Notes: generated from the letters alone by a model not told the origin. DNA of 32,517 bases from Nostoc sp. DedSLP01 (GCA_034530875.2 JAVRCJ020000060.1:1-32517); one strand, 5' to 3'; counted from the stretch's first letter, positions 9,865 to 19,947 are shown. Made by a program: numbers and translations.

Positions 9865-11622
9865 ATGAAAGTCCGTTCTAGTTACTGGCAACTGTTACCT
9901 TATCTGTGGCCCCAATGGCCGCTGTTAGTTCGGGGATTCGCTTGTATTATAGGATTTGTTTTGCTCACCCTAGCGCTGCCCTACCTAGCAGGTCAGGTCG
10001 CTTTTTTTGTCGGTCAGGGAAATGTTAACCAGATTGCCTATTGGCTCGGACTAGCTACTTTAGTATTTTTGCTTCGAGGGCTTTGTCAATACGGGCAGAA
10101 TGTCTTTACGATCGCTGCTGCTCTAAATATGGTTTTAAACTTGCGTCAGCGAGTTTACGCTCACCTGCACAAACTTGGATTAGATTATTTTGAAACCGCA
10201 CAAACGGGTGACCTCACTTATCGGCTGACTGAAGATATCGATCGCGTAGGCGAGATTGTAGAAAAGTTATCCCATCAGTTTCTTTCCAATTTCTTGCAGC
10301 TAATTGCGATTCCCATTTATATGCTCTACCTGAATTGGCGACTCACCCTTGCAAGTTTGGTTTTGGCTCCCTTGATGGCTTGGTTAATTGGGTTATTTGG
10401 CCAGCGATTACTTGTGTTATCTCGCCAGAGTCAAAATCAGGTTTCCAATTTGTCGGCGATGCTAACTGAAGTATTTGGCGGGATTCGCGTCGTTCAAGCT
10501 TTTGCAGCCCAAGGTTATGAAACCAAGCGATTTAATCGAGAAGCAGAACGCAATCGTCAAGCTAAGTATCGCGCTCTACAACTCAAATCAATTCAATTTC
10601 CTGTTGTCGGTTTTTTAGAAGCAGTTAGCATTATGCTGCTGTTTCTTTTGGGAGGGTGGCAGATTTCTCAGAATCAGCTGACAGCTCAAGGCTTTATCAG
10701 TTTCTTAGCTGCTGTGGCTATATTGATTCAGCCAATCGATTTGTTGATTAGCAATTACAACGAGTACAAACAGAGCGAGGCTTCTGTAGAACGTATCTTT
10801 GAATTGATGGCGAAGCAGCCAAGTTTAATTGAAAAGCCAAATGCGAAGGAACTACCGCGAGTTATCGGCAAAGTAGAGTATCGCCATGTCAATTTCGCTT
10901 ACAATCCCGGTCAGCCAGTCCTTAAGGATCTCAGTTTTCACGCTTCTCCTGGGAATGTCATTGCTTTAGTTGGTACTTCTGGGGCGGGCAAATCCACGTT
11001 AATTAGTCTTTTACTTCGCTTCTACGATCCCCAAGCAGGTGAAATTCTGATTGATGATATTGATATCCGCGATTTGACAGTTACTAGTTTGCGCCGTCAA
11101 ATTGGCATTGTTCCCCAAGACATTACGCTTTTTTCAGGAACGATCGCCGAAAATATTGGTTACGGTCAGGAAGAATTAGATTTTGCAGCAATTGAGGAAG
11201 CAGCGAAGATCGCCAACGCTCACTCATTTATCACTCAGTTTTCGCAAGGTTACCACAGCTGGGTAGGCGAGAGGGGAGTTAATTTGTCTGGAGGACAACG
11301 GCAAAGATTAGCGATCGCTAGAGCGATCGTTAACAATCCGCAAATTCTCATTCTTGATGAAGCTACTTCTGCCTTAGATTCCGAATCAGAAGCGCTAGTT
11401 CAAGAGGCACTAGAACGAGTGATGCAAAACCGTACCGTGTTTATCATCGCCCATCGCTTGAGCAGCGTTCGTCGCGCTGACTGCATTCTCGTACTAGAAC
11501 AAGGACAAGTTGTTGAAGCTGGTACTCACGCTTTTCTCCTGTCTCAAGAAGGACGCTATGCACGTTTTTATGCCCAACAGTTTTACTCTACGGATGAGGG
11601 TGATGTCGGTAGCCAAAGCTGA
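9865..11622 (+). CDS. ABC exporter, fused permease/ATPase (MsbA-like)
   Basis: N-terminal transmembrane domain, Walker A GTSGAGKST, signature LSGGQRQR, Walker B ILILDEATSALD and IAHRLS. Confidence 0.93.
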   Translation: MKVRSSYWQLLPYLWPQWPLLVRGFACIIGFVLLTLALPYLAGQVAFFVGQGNVNQIAYWLGLATLVFLLRGLCQYGQNVFTIAAALNMVLNLRQRVYAHLHKLGLDYFETAQTGDLTYRLTEDIDRVGEIVEKLSHQFLSNFLQLIAIPIYMLYLNWRLTLASLVLAPLMAWLIGLFGQRLLVLSRQSQNQVSNLSAMLTEVFGGIRVVQAFAAQGYETKRFNREAERNRQAKYRALQLKSIQFPVVGFLEAVSIMLLFLLGGWQISQNQLTAQGFISFLAAVAILIQPIDLLISNYNEYKQSEASVERIFELMAKQPSLIEKPNAKELPRVIGKVEYRHVNFAYNPGQPVLKDLSFHASPGNVIALVGTSGAGKSTLISLLLRFYDPQAGEILIDDIDIRDLTVTSLRRQIGIVPQDITLFSGTIAENIGYGQEELDFAAIEEAAKIANAHSFITQFSQGYHSWVGERGVNLSGGQRQRLAIARAIVNNPQILILDEATSALDSESEALVQEALERVMQNRTVFIIAHRLSSVRRADCILVLEQGQVVEAGTHAFLLSQEGRYARFYAQQFYSTDEGDVGSQS

Positions 11623-11627
11623 GATGC

Positions 11628-12368
11628 CTACCAATGAGCCTGTAAAATTCGTTGAGGAATAACAATGTACCCAGTAGCGCGATCGCCAAGTACCAAATTA
11701 CGTTCTTCTCCCCAATACCACCAGTATGCACCAACATAAGCGCAAACTAGACCATCTAGTTTATCTTCAATTGCTTTCATAGCTGCACCTGTGGTAGGAA
11801 TTTCCACCAAAAACGAATCGCCAAGATGCACGGGAGGAGAAAGAGAAGGGAGGACATTGAGAAGATAATTTTGCAGTTTGATTAATTCTAAGCGGCGTTC
11901 GCCCAGGCGTCCTTTTTTGTATTTGAGGATGCGTTCTAAGTTGAAGAGGTGAACAATTGCTGGATGGGGGAAAACTTCTATTTGATATCTGCCAAGTTTT
12001 TGCGGTTCGATGGTGGGTGCATGTACGTAGCCACGAGATTCTAATTCTAAGCCAAAGTTGATGGTGCGATCGGCAAAGGGTAGGTTTTTGTTAGCTGGGT
12101 AGCATCCAGCGTGATATTTACCGAAGTATTTATGTGTGAGTTTGTCGGGAAGGCGACTTCCAGCATCATTGGGGATGAGGGTAGGCGCATCTACAGCGAT
12201 GATGGCTGGTTCGTCTGGTTGTACGCTGTTATCAATCCATGCCAGGATGTCTGCAATGGCTTCTTTACGGTCTAAATCGAGTAGTTGCAGTTGTCCATCT
12301 ATCCATCCTAAGCAGCATAGCCCACTTGGTTGGGATTTCCAGCCTAAATCAATACCAATAAATTTCAT
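11628..12368 (-). CDS. DUF429 protein (predicted RNase H-like nuclease fold)
   Basis: MKFIGIDLGW, IAVDAP, IEVFPHPA, EDKLD and GYIVIP motifs. Confidence 0.8.
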   Translation of the reverse strand: MKFIGIDLGWKSQPSGLCCLGWIDGQLQLLDLDRKEAIADILAWIDNSVQPDEPAIIAVDAPTLIPNDAGSRLPDKLTHKYFGKYHAGCYPANKNLPFADRTINFGLELESRGYVHAPTIEPQKLGRYQIEVFPHPAIVHLFNLERILKYKKGRLGERRLELIKLQNYLLNVLPSLSPPVHLGDSFLVEIPTTGAAMKAIEDKLDGLVCAYVGAYWWYWGEERNLVLGDRATGYIVIPQRILQAHW

Positions 12369-12582
12369 AGCGATCGTAGGAATTTGCGATTATTTTCGCA
12401 TTTTCCGCCAACCCTTCCGCAAAAGAGTGCCCTATTGCAAGTTCTGAGTATTCCAGAACGACTTAGGTAAACTAATATTTAATTGCAAAAAATCATTGCA
12501 AATAATCTGATAATCTTAAAAAACTTGTCACAATTGAGGAGCCACAATGGTTAAAGAATTCCCAGAACTGATGATGAATCTA

Positions 12583-12689
12583 TATAGCCCTATTTAATTG
12601 TTGCTATAAAAAATCTCGACGACCTAATTTGGCATTGGGAAAATGATATTGCAAAATTTTCGCTAATTATCAAATAGGATTGCTCTATA
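12583..12689. mobile_element. Degenerate MITE-like element with TATAGC..CCTATTT / AAATAGGATTGCT..ATA ends
   Basis: Imperfect terminal inverted repeats about 105 bp apart. Confidence 0.5.
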
Positions 12690-12758
12690 CTAAAATACTT
12701 CTGAATTCTAAATTCCTGTTACTATTATATTTCAAAAAAGATTAATTAAAATTATCCA

Positions 12759-14024
12759 ATGAATATTTTATTTTTACATCCCAACTTCCCCGCGCAATTT
12801 CGTAATCTTGCTATGTTTTTGGGCAAGGATAATAATCATAAAATTGTCTTTGGCACAAATCGCCGTGAAGGAGAAATATTTGGCGTTACTAAAGCGATTT
12901 ACACTCCTTCTCGGGAAGCTGCTCCCCAAACTCATCATTACGTTCGCAGTTTAGAAAATGGCGTGCTGACTGGTCAAGCCGTTTATCGCATAGCAGAAAA
13001 ATTAAAAGCAGAAGGTTTCTTTCCAGATATAGTTTATGGACATTCTGGTTGGGGGCCGACTTTATTTATGAAAGATGCTTTTCCTAAAGCAGAATTGTTG
13101 TGTTATTTTGAGTGGTTTTATCACGCTCATGGTTCCGATGCAGATTTCGATCCCAACGAACCATTAAATGCTGATGATGTCTGCCGAATTCGCGTGAAAA
13201 ATGCGCCAATTTTAATTGATTTATATAGTTGCGATCGCGGACTTTCTCCTACTAATTGGCAGCGGCAACAGTTTCCTAAAGAATATCAAGATAAAATTGC
13301 TGTTTGTCATGATGGTGTCGATACCAAATTTTTTGTTCCCCAACCAGGCGCAAAATTAATTTTACCAAGAATAAATCTCGACCTTTCCCATGTCGAAGAA
13401 TTAGTAACTTATGTAGGGCGAGGAATGGAACCTTACAGAGGTTTTCCTCAGTTTATGGAAGCTGTAGCATTACTTCAGCAACGCCGACCGAAATGCCATG
13501 TAGTAGTTGTGGGAGAAGATAGAGTTGCTTATGGTAAAAATCTCCCTGATGGCAAAACTTACAAACAATTAATGTTAGAAAAATTATCTTTAGATTTATC
13601 AAGACTGCACTTTACAGACAGCCTACCTTACCATGAGTATCTTCAGGTCTTACAAGCTTCTTCTGCTCATATTTATTTAACCCGTCCTTTTGTTTTATCT
13701 TGGTCAATGTTGGAATCTATGGCAGCAGGATGTTTGCTAGTAGCTTCCAGAACTGCGCCAGTATTAGAAGTTATAAAGGATGGCGTTAATGGATTGCTGG
13801 TTGATTTCTTTTCTCCTGAAAATATTGCTAATCGGGTTGAAGAAGCGCTGGATAATCCCGAAGAAATGAACGTAATTCGTACCAATGCGCGAGCCACAAT
13901 TCTCAAGCATTATGATTTGGCGAAACTTTTACCACAGCATTTGCAATGGATGTTTGCTGGTAAAATTTCTGATAGTAAAAAACGCCAAACCCCTAAAGTT
14001 TCTAAAGGATTCGGCGGAAATTAA
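12759..14024 (+). CDS. Family 4 glycosyltransferase (GT-B)
   Basis: HPNFPAQF, GHSGWG, RGMEPYRGFPQF and YLTRPFVLSWSMLESMAAGC motifs. Confidence 0.9.
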   Translation: MNILFLHPNFPAQFRNLAMFLGKDNNHKIVFGTNRREGEIFGVTKAIYTPSREAAPQTHHYVRSLENGVLTGQAVYRIAEKLKAEGFFPDIVYGHSGWGPTLFMKDAFPKAELLCYFEWFYHAHGSDADFDPNEPLNADDVCRIRVKNAPILIDLYSCDRGLSPTNWQRQQFPKEYQDKIAVCHDGVDTKFFVPQPGAKLILPRINLDLSHVEELVTYVGRGMEPYRGFPQFMEAVALLQQRRPKCHVVVVGEDRVAYGKNLPDGKTYKQLMLEKLSLDLSRLHFTDSLPYHEYLQVLQASSAHIYLTRPFVLSWSMLESMAAGCLLVASRTAPVLEVIKDGVNGLLVDFFSPENIANRVEEALDNPEEMNVIRTNARATILKHYDLAKLLPQHLQWMFAGKISDSKKRQTPKVSKGFGGN

Positions 14025-14052
14025 ATATTGAGGATATAGCATGGGGCATTGG

Positions 14053-14098
14053 GGAGGCAGTGCGTTGGACGGGTTTCCCGGCTTGTAGCAACTGCCGT
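14053..14098. repeat. ~45-bp hairpin-type dispersed repeat inserted in an STRR array
   Basis: GGCAGT(GC)...(GCA)ACTGCC ends with an inner CGGG-TTT-CCCG stem, flanked by GGGGCATTGGG/CATTG heptamer remnants and followed by (AATGACY)n. Confidence 0.65.
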
Positions 14099-14167
14099 CA
14101 TTGACCATTCAAAAATAACCAATGACCAATGACTAATAAATAATGACTAATAAAAGCGATATTAAAA

Positions 14168-15034
14168 ATGCGAATTTTAATTACCATCGCCCATTTTTTT
14201 AAACCTAGCGATGAGGGTCGCCATGCTTCCCAGCGTAAAGACCCGCAGCCTCGTTTGCAAGCTTTAAGTAATAGCATCGCTAGTTTGCACCAATTATTTG
14301 GTAAATCTCAAAGTATCATTAACATTGCTCAAAGATTAGCTTTCCCTGCTAATCAACCACAATCTCACGAATTAGATATCGTTATTTGTACAACCCAAAA
14401 TAATCATCTTTTGAATCAGCTTCCCATACCATCCCATTTATATAAGCATCATACTAGCAATGCAGAACCTATGCTTTTAGGATTTGAGTGCCAAGCTGTT
14501 TTACAAAGTTGTCTCGGTCAATATGATTATTATTGCTTTTTAGAAGATGATTTAATCATTCATGACCCTTGGTTTTTTATCAAACTAAACTGGTTTACCC
14601 AACAAGCAGGTGACTTAAACTTACTGCAACCAAATCGTTATGAAATCTCACCTTATAGTTTAGTTCATAAAGCTTACATTGATGGGGATTTAGCTTTGCG
14701 GGTAACTGCTCCCTTTCAGAACGTGCAGGAACAACAGCAGCTAAAAGGTACAATTATGAATACACCAATTACCTTTTTACGTGCCTTGAATCCCCATTCA
14801 GGCAGTTATTTTTTAAATGCAAATCAGATGGCTCAATGGGCAAATCAACCTTATTTTCTTGACAAAGATACAAGCTTTGTTGGCCCTTTAGAAAGTGCTG
14901 CTACTTTGGGAATTATGAAAACATTCCGAGTTTACAAAACCTCTCCAGAACAAGCTAGTTTTTTGGAAATTCAGCACTTTGGAACCGGATTTTTGGGTCT
15001 AATAGGAGGACAGGTGGGCTTAGCACAGAGGTAA
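14168..15034 (+). CDS. Conserved hypothetical protein with a GT-A-like acidic motif
   Basis: 288-aa ORF containing YDYYCFLEDDLII, downstream of and co-oriented with the GT4. Confidence 0.7.
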   Translation: MRILITIAHFFKPSDEGRHASQRKDPQPRLQALSNSIASLHQLFGKSQSIINIAQRLAFPANQPQSHELDIVICTTQNNHLLNQLPIPSHLYKHHTSNAEPMLLGFECQAVLQSCLGQYDYYCFLEDDLIIHDPWFFIKLNWFTQQAGDLNLLQPNRYEISPYSLVHKAYIDGDLALRVTAPFQNVQEQQQLKGTIMNTPITFLRALNPHSGSYFLNANQMAQWANQPYFLDKDTSFVGPLESAATLGIMKTFRVYKTSPEQASFLEIQHFGTGFLGLIGGQVGLAQR

Positions 15035-15121
15035 TACTAATTTGAAATAAGAATGCAACAGATATATATTGACTCCAAAAAGTTGTTGTACTGTTTTTCA
15101 GTCTATAAAGAAAGTTATTTT

Positions 15122-15796
15122 TTAGGTTGATTGTAGGCCAATTAGAGGATTAGGCACAGGAAAGGGACGGTTTTTGATAACTTTAAATTTTCCATCTTGT
15201 GCGTCGTAGGCTAACACTTCTCCAGTTTCAATTTCATAAATCCAAGCATGAAGTGTAAGTTGATTGCTGTGAAGTTTGGAACGAATTACAGGGTAAGTTT
15301 CTAAGTTTTCTATCTGTGTGAGAACGTTTTGCTCAATGGCAATTTTTAACAGTTTCTCATGAGGATAACCTTGATAGTTATCTATTACCAGACGGCGAGT
15401 AGCTTCAGCATGAGTTTTCAACCATTCATAAACTGAAGGCATTTGTTGGGCAAGATTCCCTATTTGTAGTAGCCCTTTCATGGCGCCACAATGAGAATGT
15501 CCGCAGATAACGATATCTTTAATACCCAAAGCCTCAACAGCATATTCTATACCCGCAGCTTCGGCACCATTCAATCTTCCATAGGGTGGTATGAGATTAC
15601 CAACATTACGAATAACAAACAAATCTCCTGGTTGACTTTGTGTAATTAAAAATGGATCTATTCTTGAATCTGAGCAAGTTATAAACAATACTTCTGGATT
15701 TTGCCCGTGTGACAAATGCTCGAATAATTCACGGTGGGCAACAAAATAGTTGTCATGAAATTCATTTAACCCAGCAATAATGCGCTTAATTGGCAC
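15122..15796 (-). CDS. Beta-class carbonic anhydrase
   Basis: Zinc-ligand motifs CSDSR and GHSHCG, plus FVIRNVGN and EQNV; GTG start with GGAG upstream. Confidence 0.95.
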   Translation of the reverse strand: MPIKRIIAGLNEFHDNYFVAHRELFEHLSHGQNPEVLFITCSDSRIDPFLITQSQPGDLFVIRNVGNLIPPYGRLNGAEAAGIEYAVEALGIKDIVICGHSHCGAMKGLLQIGNLAQQMPSVYEWLKTHAEATRRLVIDNYQGYPHEKLLKIAIEQNVLTQIENLETYPVIRSKLHSNQLTLHAWIYEIETGEVLAYDAQDGKFKVIKNRPFPVPNPLIGLQST

Positions 15797-16428
15797 AATT
15801 TAATTCTCCAGATCGGGATTTAATATACGATTAATGCGATCGCTTTGTAGAATTCAGGAGTTAGCCACCAGACTCCTGAATCATGGAAAATCAAGAAGCG
15901 ATCGCTAATGTTGTTTTATTTGATTCAAAGCATGAAGCTATCATATCAAAAACATATTAATTTTTGTTTCTTGGTTATAAATACTAAAGTCTATTTAATG
16001 TGCAATCCATTTGGCATCAGAAACAATACAGATACCGCTATATTTTTTAATTACAGGTTGAATAGCTTTTAATTGATACTTTTATTGGAAGATGTTTATC
16101 GTAGACGAACGCCCGAAACTAGTTAACATCGTTTTTTATAATTGTCAAGAGAATAAACAGTTGTTGTGATGATTTAATAACTTATAAAAAATATATTCCA
16201 TCGCACTAGAATTACGAGAGACATAAAGCTTCAAATCTGCTCGTATTTTTCATATTTATTGCACTTCATTTTTAAATAATAGCGTTTCATGCGATTATTT
16301 TTATCATACGTAAAGTGGCTCAAAGCAAAACCGTCGCACAAGCAGCGCTGATTTTTGATTAGGGAAATATTTAGAGTAGTAGCCCTCCCAAGTTAACGGC
16401 ATGACTGAGGTGCTTAGGGGTTCTCATG

Positions 16429-16462
16429 AAATAACTTTGCGAAGGTTGGCAAAGTTATTTTT
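16429..16462. terminator. Hairpin, possible terminator (AAATAACTTTGC...GCAAAGTTATTT)
   Basis: Perfect 12-bp stem followed by Ts. Confidence 0.55.
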
Positions 16463-16718
16463 GAACAGGTGCTTAGGGGAAAGGGGTAGGGGTAAAGGGA
16501 AAAAGGAATAAATTTCCTCTTAACCTTTTCCCTTTCCGAAGGCTAGTGGCTAAATTTCTAATTCCCCAACGGCGAGTTGACCTGGAAAATGTCAAAATTA
16601 AATGAGTTTTGCACCAAGCGCGTTTGGGTTGATGCAGCCTCTTGTAGAGAAGAGAAGCCAATTGTCACCAGACCGCGATTTAATGAGCGCAGATTTGAGA
16701 TAACTAAGTTGAGAATTT

Positions 16719-17729
16719 ATGGGCAAGCAACGTGTTCTTTCTGGAGTTCAACCAACCGGCAATTACCATCTAGGCAACTACTTGGGAGCCATTCGCAACT
16801 GGGTAGAAGGTCAGAGCGAATACGAAAATTACCTCTTCGTGGCTGATTTGCACGCAATTACAGTGCCACACGACCCAAAACAGTTGGCAGCTGATACCTA
16901 TACCCTTGTTGCTTTGTATCTAGCTTGCGGTCTCGATCTAAATCACTCCACCATTTTTGTGCAATCCCACGTTTCAGCCCACAGCGAACTCACCTGGTTG
17001 CTCAACTGTATTACACCTCTAAACTGGTTGCAAGATATGATCCAGTTTAAGGAAAAGGCCGTCAAGCAGGGAGAAAACGTAAGTGCAGGTTTACTGGATT
17101 ATCCAGTGCTGATGGCATCTGATATTTTGCTTTACCAAGCTGATAAAGTGCCAGTGGGTGAAGACCAAAAGCAACACTTGGAATTGACACGGGATATTGC
17201 AGCTCGGTTAAATCACCAATTTGGTAAACCAGAACAGCCAGTTCTGAAGTTACCAGATCCTTTAATTCCCAAGGAAGGAGCAAGGGTGATGAGTTTGGCA
17301 GACGGTACGCGCAAAATGTCTAAGTCCGATCCTTCTGACTTAAGCCGAATCAATTTGCTAGATTCGCCAGAGCAAATTCAATACAAAATTAAGCGTTGTA
17401 AAACCGATCCGATTCGTGGTTTGACTTTTGACGATCCAGAGCGTCCAGAGTGCAATAATTTATTAACTCTCTATACTTTGCTTTCTGGAAAGACAAAACA
17501 AGATGTAGCAGTTGAGTGTCAAGATATGGGCTGGGGACAATTCAAGCCTTTGTTAGCAGACACAATGATTGAGGCTCTCAAGCCAATTCAAGAAAAATAT
17601 CAGGCGATAACTGAGGACAAAAGCTATATAGAGTCTGTGCTGCGGGATGGAGCCGAAAAAGCTAGAGCGATCGCCAATCACACTTTATCACAAGTCAAAA
17701 TCGCTTTAGGCTACTCTCTACCTCTATGA
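16719..17729 (+). CDS. trpS: Tryptophan--tRNA ligase
   Basis: SGVQPTG..HLGNY (HIGH), VPVGEDQKQH and KMSKS. Confidence 0.98.
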   Translation: MGKQRVLSGVQPTGNYHLGNYLGAIRNWVEGQSEYENYLFVADLHAITVPHDPKQLAADTYTLVALYLACGLDLNHSTIFVQSHVSAHSELTWLLNCITPLNWLQDMIQFKEKAVKQGENVSAGLLDYPVLMASDILLYQADKVPVGEDQKQHLELTRDIAARLNHQFGKPEQPVLKLPDPLIPKEGARVMSLADGTRKMSKSDPSDLSRINLLDSPEQIQYKIKRCKTDPIRGLTFDDPERPECNNLLTLYTLLSGKTKQDVAVECQDMGWGQFKPLLADTMIEALKPIQEKYQAITEDKSYIESVLRDGAEKARAIANHTLSQVKIALGYSLPL

Positions 17730-17813
17730 GTTGTACCTTTTGGGTGTGATTTGTTATACCATTTAACAAGACAGAATTCAGGAGTCAGAAGCTAGAATTC
17801 TCCAATTTAATTA

Positions 17814-17876
17814 TGTACAGACACGATTAATCGCGTCTGTACTTCTAAATTCTGAATTCTGAATTCTGAATTCTGA
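17814..17876. repeat. REP-like palindrome GTACAGACACGATTAATCGCGTCTGTAC followed by a (TTCTGAA)n array
   Basis: Near-perfect 28-bp palindrome followed by about 4 heptamers. Confidence 0.75.
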
Positions 17877-17916
17877 TTTCTAGCTTATTCTTGAATAAAT
17901 CGAGATTTCTAATGAT

Positions 17917-18837
17917 ATGCATTATACCCATAGCCCTACTGCCTTCCATAGAGCCGTGCAAGCAGGTGAATTTTTGGTTACCGCTGAGGTAGCACCTCCA
18001 AAAGGCGGAGATCCAGCACACATGATTAAAATGGCGGCGACCCTTAAGGGGAGGGTTCATGCTGTCAATATTACTGACGGTAGCCGTGCTGTGCTGCGGA
18101 TGTCTTCGTTAGTGGCATCAGCTATTTTATTACAAAACGGTGTAGAGCCGATTTGTCAAATTGCTTGCCGCGATCGCAACCGCATTGGTTTACAAGCCGA
18201 TCTGATGGGCGCTCATGCTTTGGGGATACACAATATCTTAGCCCTAACTGGCGACCCAGTAAAAGCAGGCGATCATTCAGATGCTAAAGCTGTTTTTGAC
18301 TTGGAAGCTGTACGACTGCTGCAAGTAATTCGTAAGCTGAATCAAGGCTTCGATTGCAACGAAAAACCCCTAACTGATGGGGCACTAAATTTATTTCCTG
18401 GTGCAGCAGTAGATCCGCAATGTAAAAGTTGGTCGGGTTTGCAAAGTCGATTTGAACGCAAAATTGAAGCTGGAGCGCAATTTTTTCAAAGTCAGTTAAT
18501 TACAGATTTTGAATGTCTAGAAAAATTTATGGACGCAATTGCTGCTGGCTATAAAAAGCCAGTTTTGGCCGGAATTTTTCTGTTGAAATCGGCTAAAAAT
18601 GCCCAGTTTATTAATAAGTGCGTTCCGGGTGTAAATATTCCCCAACATATTATTGATAGATTGGCAAAAGCCAAAGACCCTCTTGAAGAAGGAATGAAAA
18701 TTGCAGCCGAACAAATACAGATAGCGCGGCAATTATGTCAGGGTGTCCATATAATGGCGGTGAAACGCGAAGATTTAATTGCACCAATATTAGATTTGGC
18801 TGGAGTTGCTCCAGTTAATCAATTAGTATCAAGATAA
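17917..18837 (+). CDS. metF: Methylenetetrahydrofolate reductase
   Basis: TAEVAPPKG, NITDG, CRDRNRIGLQ, LALTGDP and KIEAGAQFFQSQ. Confidence 0.92.
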   Translation: MHYTHSPTAFHRAVQAGEFLVTAEVAPPKGGDPAHMIKMAATLKGRVHAVNITDGSRAVLRMSSLVASAILLQNGVEPICQIACRDRNRIGLQADLMGAHALGIHNILALTGDPVKAGDHSDAKAVFDLEAVRLLQVIRKLNQGFDCNEKPLTDGALNLFPGAAVDPQCKSWSGLQSRFERKIEAGAQFFQSQLITDFECLEKFMDAIAAGYKKPVLAGIFLLKSAKNAQFINKCVPGVNIPQHIIDRLAKAKDPLEEGMKIAAEQIQIARQLCQGVHIMAVKREDLIAPILDLAGVAPVNQLVSR

Positions 18838-18855
18838 ACAAGTAACAGATTTTTG

Positions 18856-18889
18856 AAAAAAGCAGATGGAATCACCAACTGCTTTTTTT
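18856..18889 (+). terminator. Intrinsic terminator after metF
   Basis: AAAAAAGCAG..CTGCTTTTTTT stem with a U tract. Confidence 0.8.
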
Positions 18890-18961
18890 ATGTAGAAACA
18901 AAAGAGCGATCGCTCTTTTTGGTAAACTGCAAATATTGGCTTTTACCTTAACTAAATTTTA

Positions 18962-19774
18962 GTGCAAACAGACAAAATATTTTATAGCTTATTTCAGCTT
19001 TTTCCTAGTATATTTTTTGCCATAATTGATAATAAAACTATTAATGTCAATGCATATCAATTTGTTTCCGTTGAAGTCAAGGAAACAGCCTTTCGCATTG
19101 ATGGGGTATTCGTGCCTACTAGTGAAACTATAGAGCAACCACTGTACTTTGTCGAAGTTCAATTTCAACTAGACTCAAACTTTTACAGACGTTTTTTCGC
19201 AGAAATCTTTGTTTATTTGCGTCAAAACGAATCAGTAAATTATTGGCGTGCTGTAGTTATGTATCCCCAAAGGAATTTAGATTCAAGCGATCGCCTGCCA
19301 TATAATTTGCTACTAAATAGTTCGCAAGTACAACGTATTTATCTAGATGAATTAAGTACAACAGAGAACTCATTGCAAGTAGCGATCGTCAAATTAATTA
19401 TCGAAAAAGAAGAGACAGCCCTCGACCGAGGCAGAGAATTGATTTTGCAGGCAAGACAACAACTACCAGATGAAGCAACCAAAAAGCAAATTGTAGAATT
19501 AATAGAAACCATCTTGTTGTACAAATTTACTCGGTTAAGCCGAGAGGAGTTGGCAGAAATGTTGGGTATAGATGAGGAATTCAAAAAAACAAGAATGTAT
19601 CAGTCAATCAAAAAAGACGGCTTGGAAGAAGGTCGCCGGGAAGGTCGCCAAGAAGCTAAATTAGAAGCTGTTCCGAGGTTGTTGTCATTAGGGTTAAGTC
19701 TAGAACAAGTAGCAGCGGCTCTCGATCTAACAGTTGAGCAAGTACAGCAAGCAGCTGAAAATCAGTCTAGCTGA
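18962..19774 (+). CDS. Rpn family recombination-promoting nuclease/putative transposase (DUF2887-type)
   Basis: TD.IFY.LFQ.FP, EVKE.AFRIDGVF, YFVEVQFQ and FY.RFFAEI motifs; C-terminal EEGRREG..KLE.VPRLL.LGLS.EQVA. Confidence 0.9.
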   Translation: MQTDKIFYSLFQLFPSIFFAIIDNKTINVNAYQFVSVEVKETAFRIDGVFVPTSETIEQPLYFVEVQFQLDSNFYRRFFAEIFVYLRQNESVNYWRAVVMYPQRNLDSSDRLPYNLLLNSSQVQRIYLDELSTTENSLQVAIVKLIIEKEETALDRGRELILQARQQLPDEATKKQIVELIETILLYKFTRLSREELAEMLGIDEEFKKTRMYQSIKKDGLEEGRREGRQEAKLEAVPRLLSLGLSLEQVAAALDLTVEQVQQAAENQSS

Positions 19775-19947
19775 TTGTGGGCGCTGCTTGCAGTTCTTCG
19801 CTTTAGCTTTAGCAACACTATTTGGTTGAAATTTTCACTCTGCAACAACTTTGTCGAAGAGACTCTTATAACTAAAGTCGAGAGCAGTAGTAACACTCTC
19901 TCGACTCTTATTAAAAACTACTTTCCAAATAGCCTGTTAGAGTTAGG

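Noticed and set aside
16473..16718. T-box or Trp attenuator upstream of trpS
   Set aside because: I see no T-box consensus or tandem-Trp leader peptide; the region consists of inverted STRR-like purine/pyrimidine tracts.
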